From Folioceros fuciformis (Eukaryota): DNA of 34,264 nt. A model generated the notes under the pieces. That model made no database searches and was not told the DNA's origin. It saw only the letters and a program-made list of their open reading frames with translations. This document shows positions 32,716-34,264 of this stretch, piece by piece. Each line of letters opens with the position of its first letter. Position 1 is the stretch's first letter. The stretch lies in contig JBNGIO010005982.1 of assembly GCA_049999805.1 (NCBI GenBank), positions 20,500-54,763 on the forward strand. Reading direction: 5' to 3'. The position numbers and the translations under genes were made by a program.

Positions 32716-33110
32716 GAGTAGGAGTAGGAAGCTCTAGGATAAAGAAACGTGCAAAAGCCAAGAGGAAACCTGGGGAAGCTGAACTCGCTTCCAGTAGTGC
32801 GCAAATGTCAGATGAGTCATCGAAGAAGGTTGCAGCAATGCAAGGAAGGCCTTGGAGGGCTTTTCAAGGAGTCCCAGCAGGGGTTAAAGGTGAGAAAATA
32901 CTAATAGCTGTGACGCAAAAGGTCATCTAAGGCAAGCTGCACCTGAAAGACATGGACATAGAGGTAGGGAAGAAGAAAAAGATACATTTGATACAACATG
33001 CTTTCAGGATGGCTTTGAAGTGTGCAACATTTGAGGAAGTGGAAGGCTTGTATCCTAAGCACATGGAAGACTTACATCTACTCAAGTTCCAAACTGCCTT
33101 CACACAAGTG
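32716..33110 (+). pseudogene. Middle exon fragment of the putative ParB-methyltransferase gene, back-to-back with transposase copy 2
   Basis: One frame with one stop: ...KKVAAMQGRPWRAFQGVP...VTQKVI*GKLHLKDMDIEVGKKKKIHLIQHAF...YPKH...FQTAFTQV. It is followed by a phase-0 GT donor at 33111 and an intron containing TGCGCCGGTCTACCGGCGCA (~33163). Confidence 0.55.
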
Positions 33111-33207
33111 GTACGCTTGCTTTTTCAGAGCCTTTAGATGTTTTTGAGCATACTGGTTGGATTGCGCCGGTCTACCGGCGCACTTCTTGAGAAAATATGG
33201 AAATTGG

Positions 33208-33426
33208 TGTAGACCAATTGCTATAAAACAATTACATTATTCTATTTATTAAACAATAATTATATACAGCATAGACAAATAATTGAACTTAAGCTAGGTA
33301 GGGTGAATAGACACACCCTTTCATAAAGGACGTAACCAAAATGAACGGGCACCTAGACTTATAGTAGCTATGAACGCATTCACCAAACGAAACCTAATGT
33401 ATTAACACCCTATTCTCATCACTCCC
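33208..33426 (-). mobile_element. Probable 3' LTR (33208-33407, 200 bp) and polypurine tract (33408-33426) of a minus-strand LTR retroelement extending past the window end
   Basis: TGT...ACA termini. The minus strand reads GGGAGTGATGAGAATAGGG directly before TGTTAA and has TATATAA and AATAAA inside. Confidence 0.6.
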
Positions 33427-34264
33427 ACTTGTTAATCATTATGGGGTCGGTTTGCCTCCCCTCCACTACGTTCAGAGTTGTGGAGACTGTGACTCCAGCT
33501 GAGAACCTCGCGATCCTTGTGTGTACTTTGGGGCGTAGGCTCAAGGTGGCACTGCTGTGTATGAAGGCGACCGTCTACAGGTTCACACTTCTTGTAGCTG
33601 CTATTTACGTCCCATGCCTTCTGGCAATAAAGCTCGTTGAGCGAAGGCTGAGGAAAGTAACAATGGCGTCTTTAGGGTTTGATGATGCTCTAGCAGCCAA
33701 GCGGTGCACATACCAGCGGGACTTTGCAGGAAGATTCATCACATCGCCTGTGGCTAGAACAACTGCCATCGGAGCGTGTACTAACGGGCTGTTGTGGAAT
33801 AGAGGCGCTTCAATCGAGGTGAGTTCGAGTACGAAGGTGCTGACCAACGTCCTCCAATTCCACCCAGATTTCTAGTTCTAAGCAACGTCATGTCAGAGAC
33901 CAAGGTGATCATACCTGGTACTTGGGAAGTGCCGGGCAGCCCGCTGTGGTATAAGTGCCAAGTTTCTGGCATCACCATGAAGAGAGTGAGGGTTGAAATG
34001 TTTTTGGAGTGTAAAGGCTACATGATCAGCTTCTACAATAAGCCTCTTGCTGATGGTAGCTTGTGGCATAATTGTTTCCTAACCCCCTGCTGATTACCAT
34101 CACTTGTCTAACTTTGCTCCCACTGTCTCGTCACAGGGTCTGAAGAGCGACTGGAGGAGGAACAAAGCTTGGAATCTAAGGACAAAATCTCCTACAAGGA
34201 GAGGAAGAAGAGACAGTCTCCTCGTTCGGAGAATGAAGTCTTTTCCTCTGACACTGTGGAATAT

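Overview
Eukaryotic nuclear DNA, most likely from a compact non-seed land plant genome (inference from ~70-130 nt GT-AG introns, plant-type genes and a candidate flagellar gene). There are three N gaps (2305-2404, 19248-19257, 19772-19871). The left half is gene-dense: an intronless SLU7 (-), a C2orf81-like ORF (+), a highly divergent multi-exon DDB1-like beta-propeller gene (+), TMEM18 (-) and a divergent RFC3-like AAA+ gene with a repetitive N-terminal extension (+). Telomere-motif minisatellites follow. The right half is a nest of decayed transposons around a CYP85-clan (CYP707A-like) P450: MULE-like fragments, a truncated Ty1/copia element, short LTRs and two copies of a Sola-like DDD transposase. 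The most notable signal is that both transposase copies sit back-to-back with pieces of a second gene. Four fragments of that gene can be tiled into a ParB-like domain + linker + beta-class N4C/N6A DNA methyltransferase, suggesting a plant DNA transposon carrying a prokaryote-type ParB-methyltransferase cargo gene. All family assignments come from motif recognition by eye; no searches were run.
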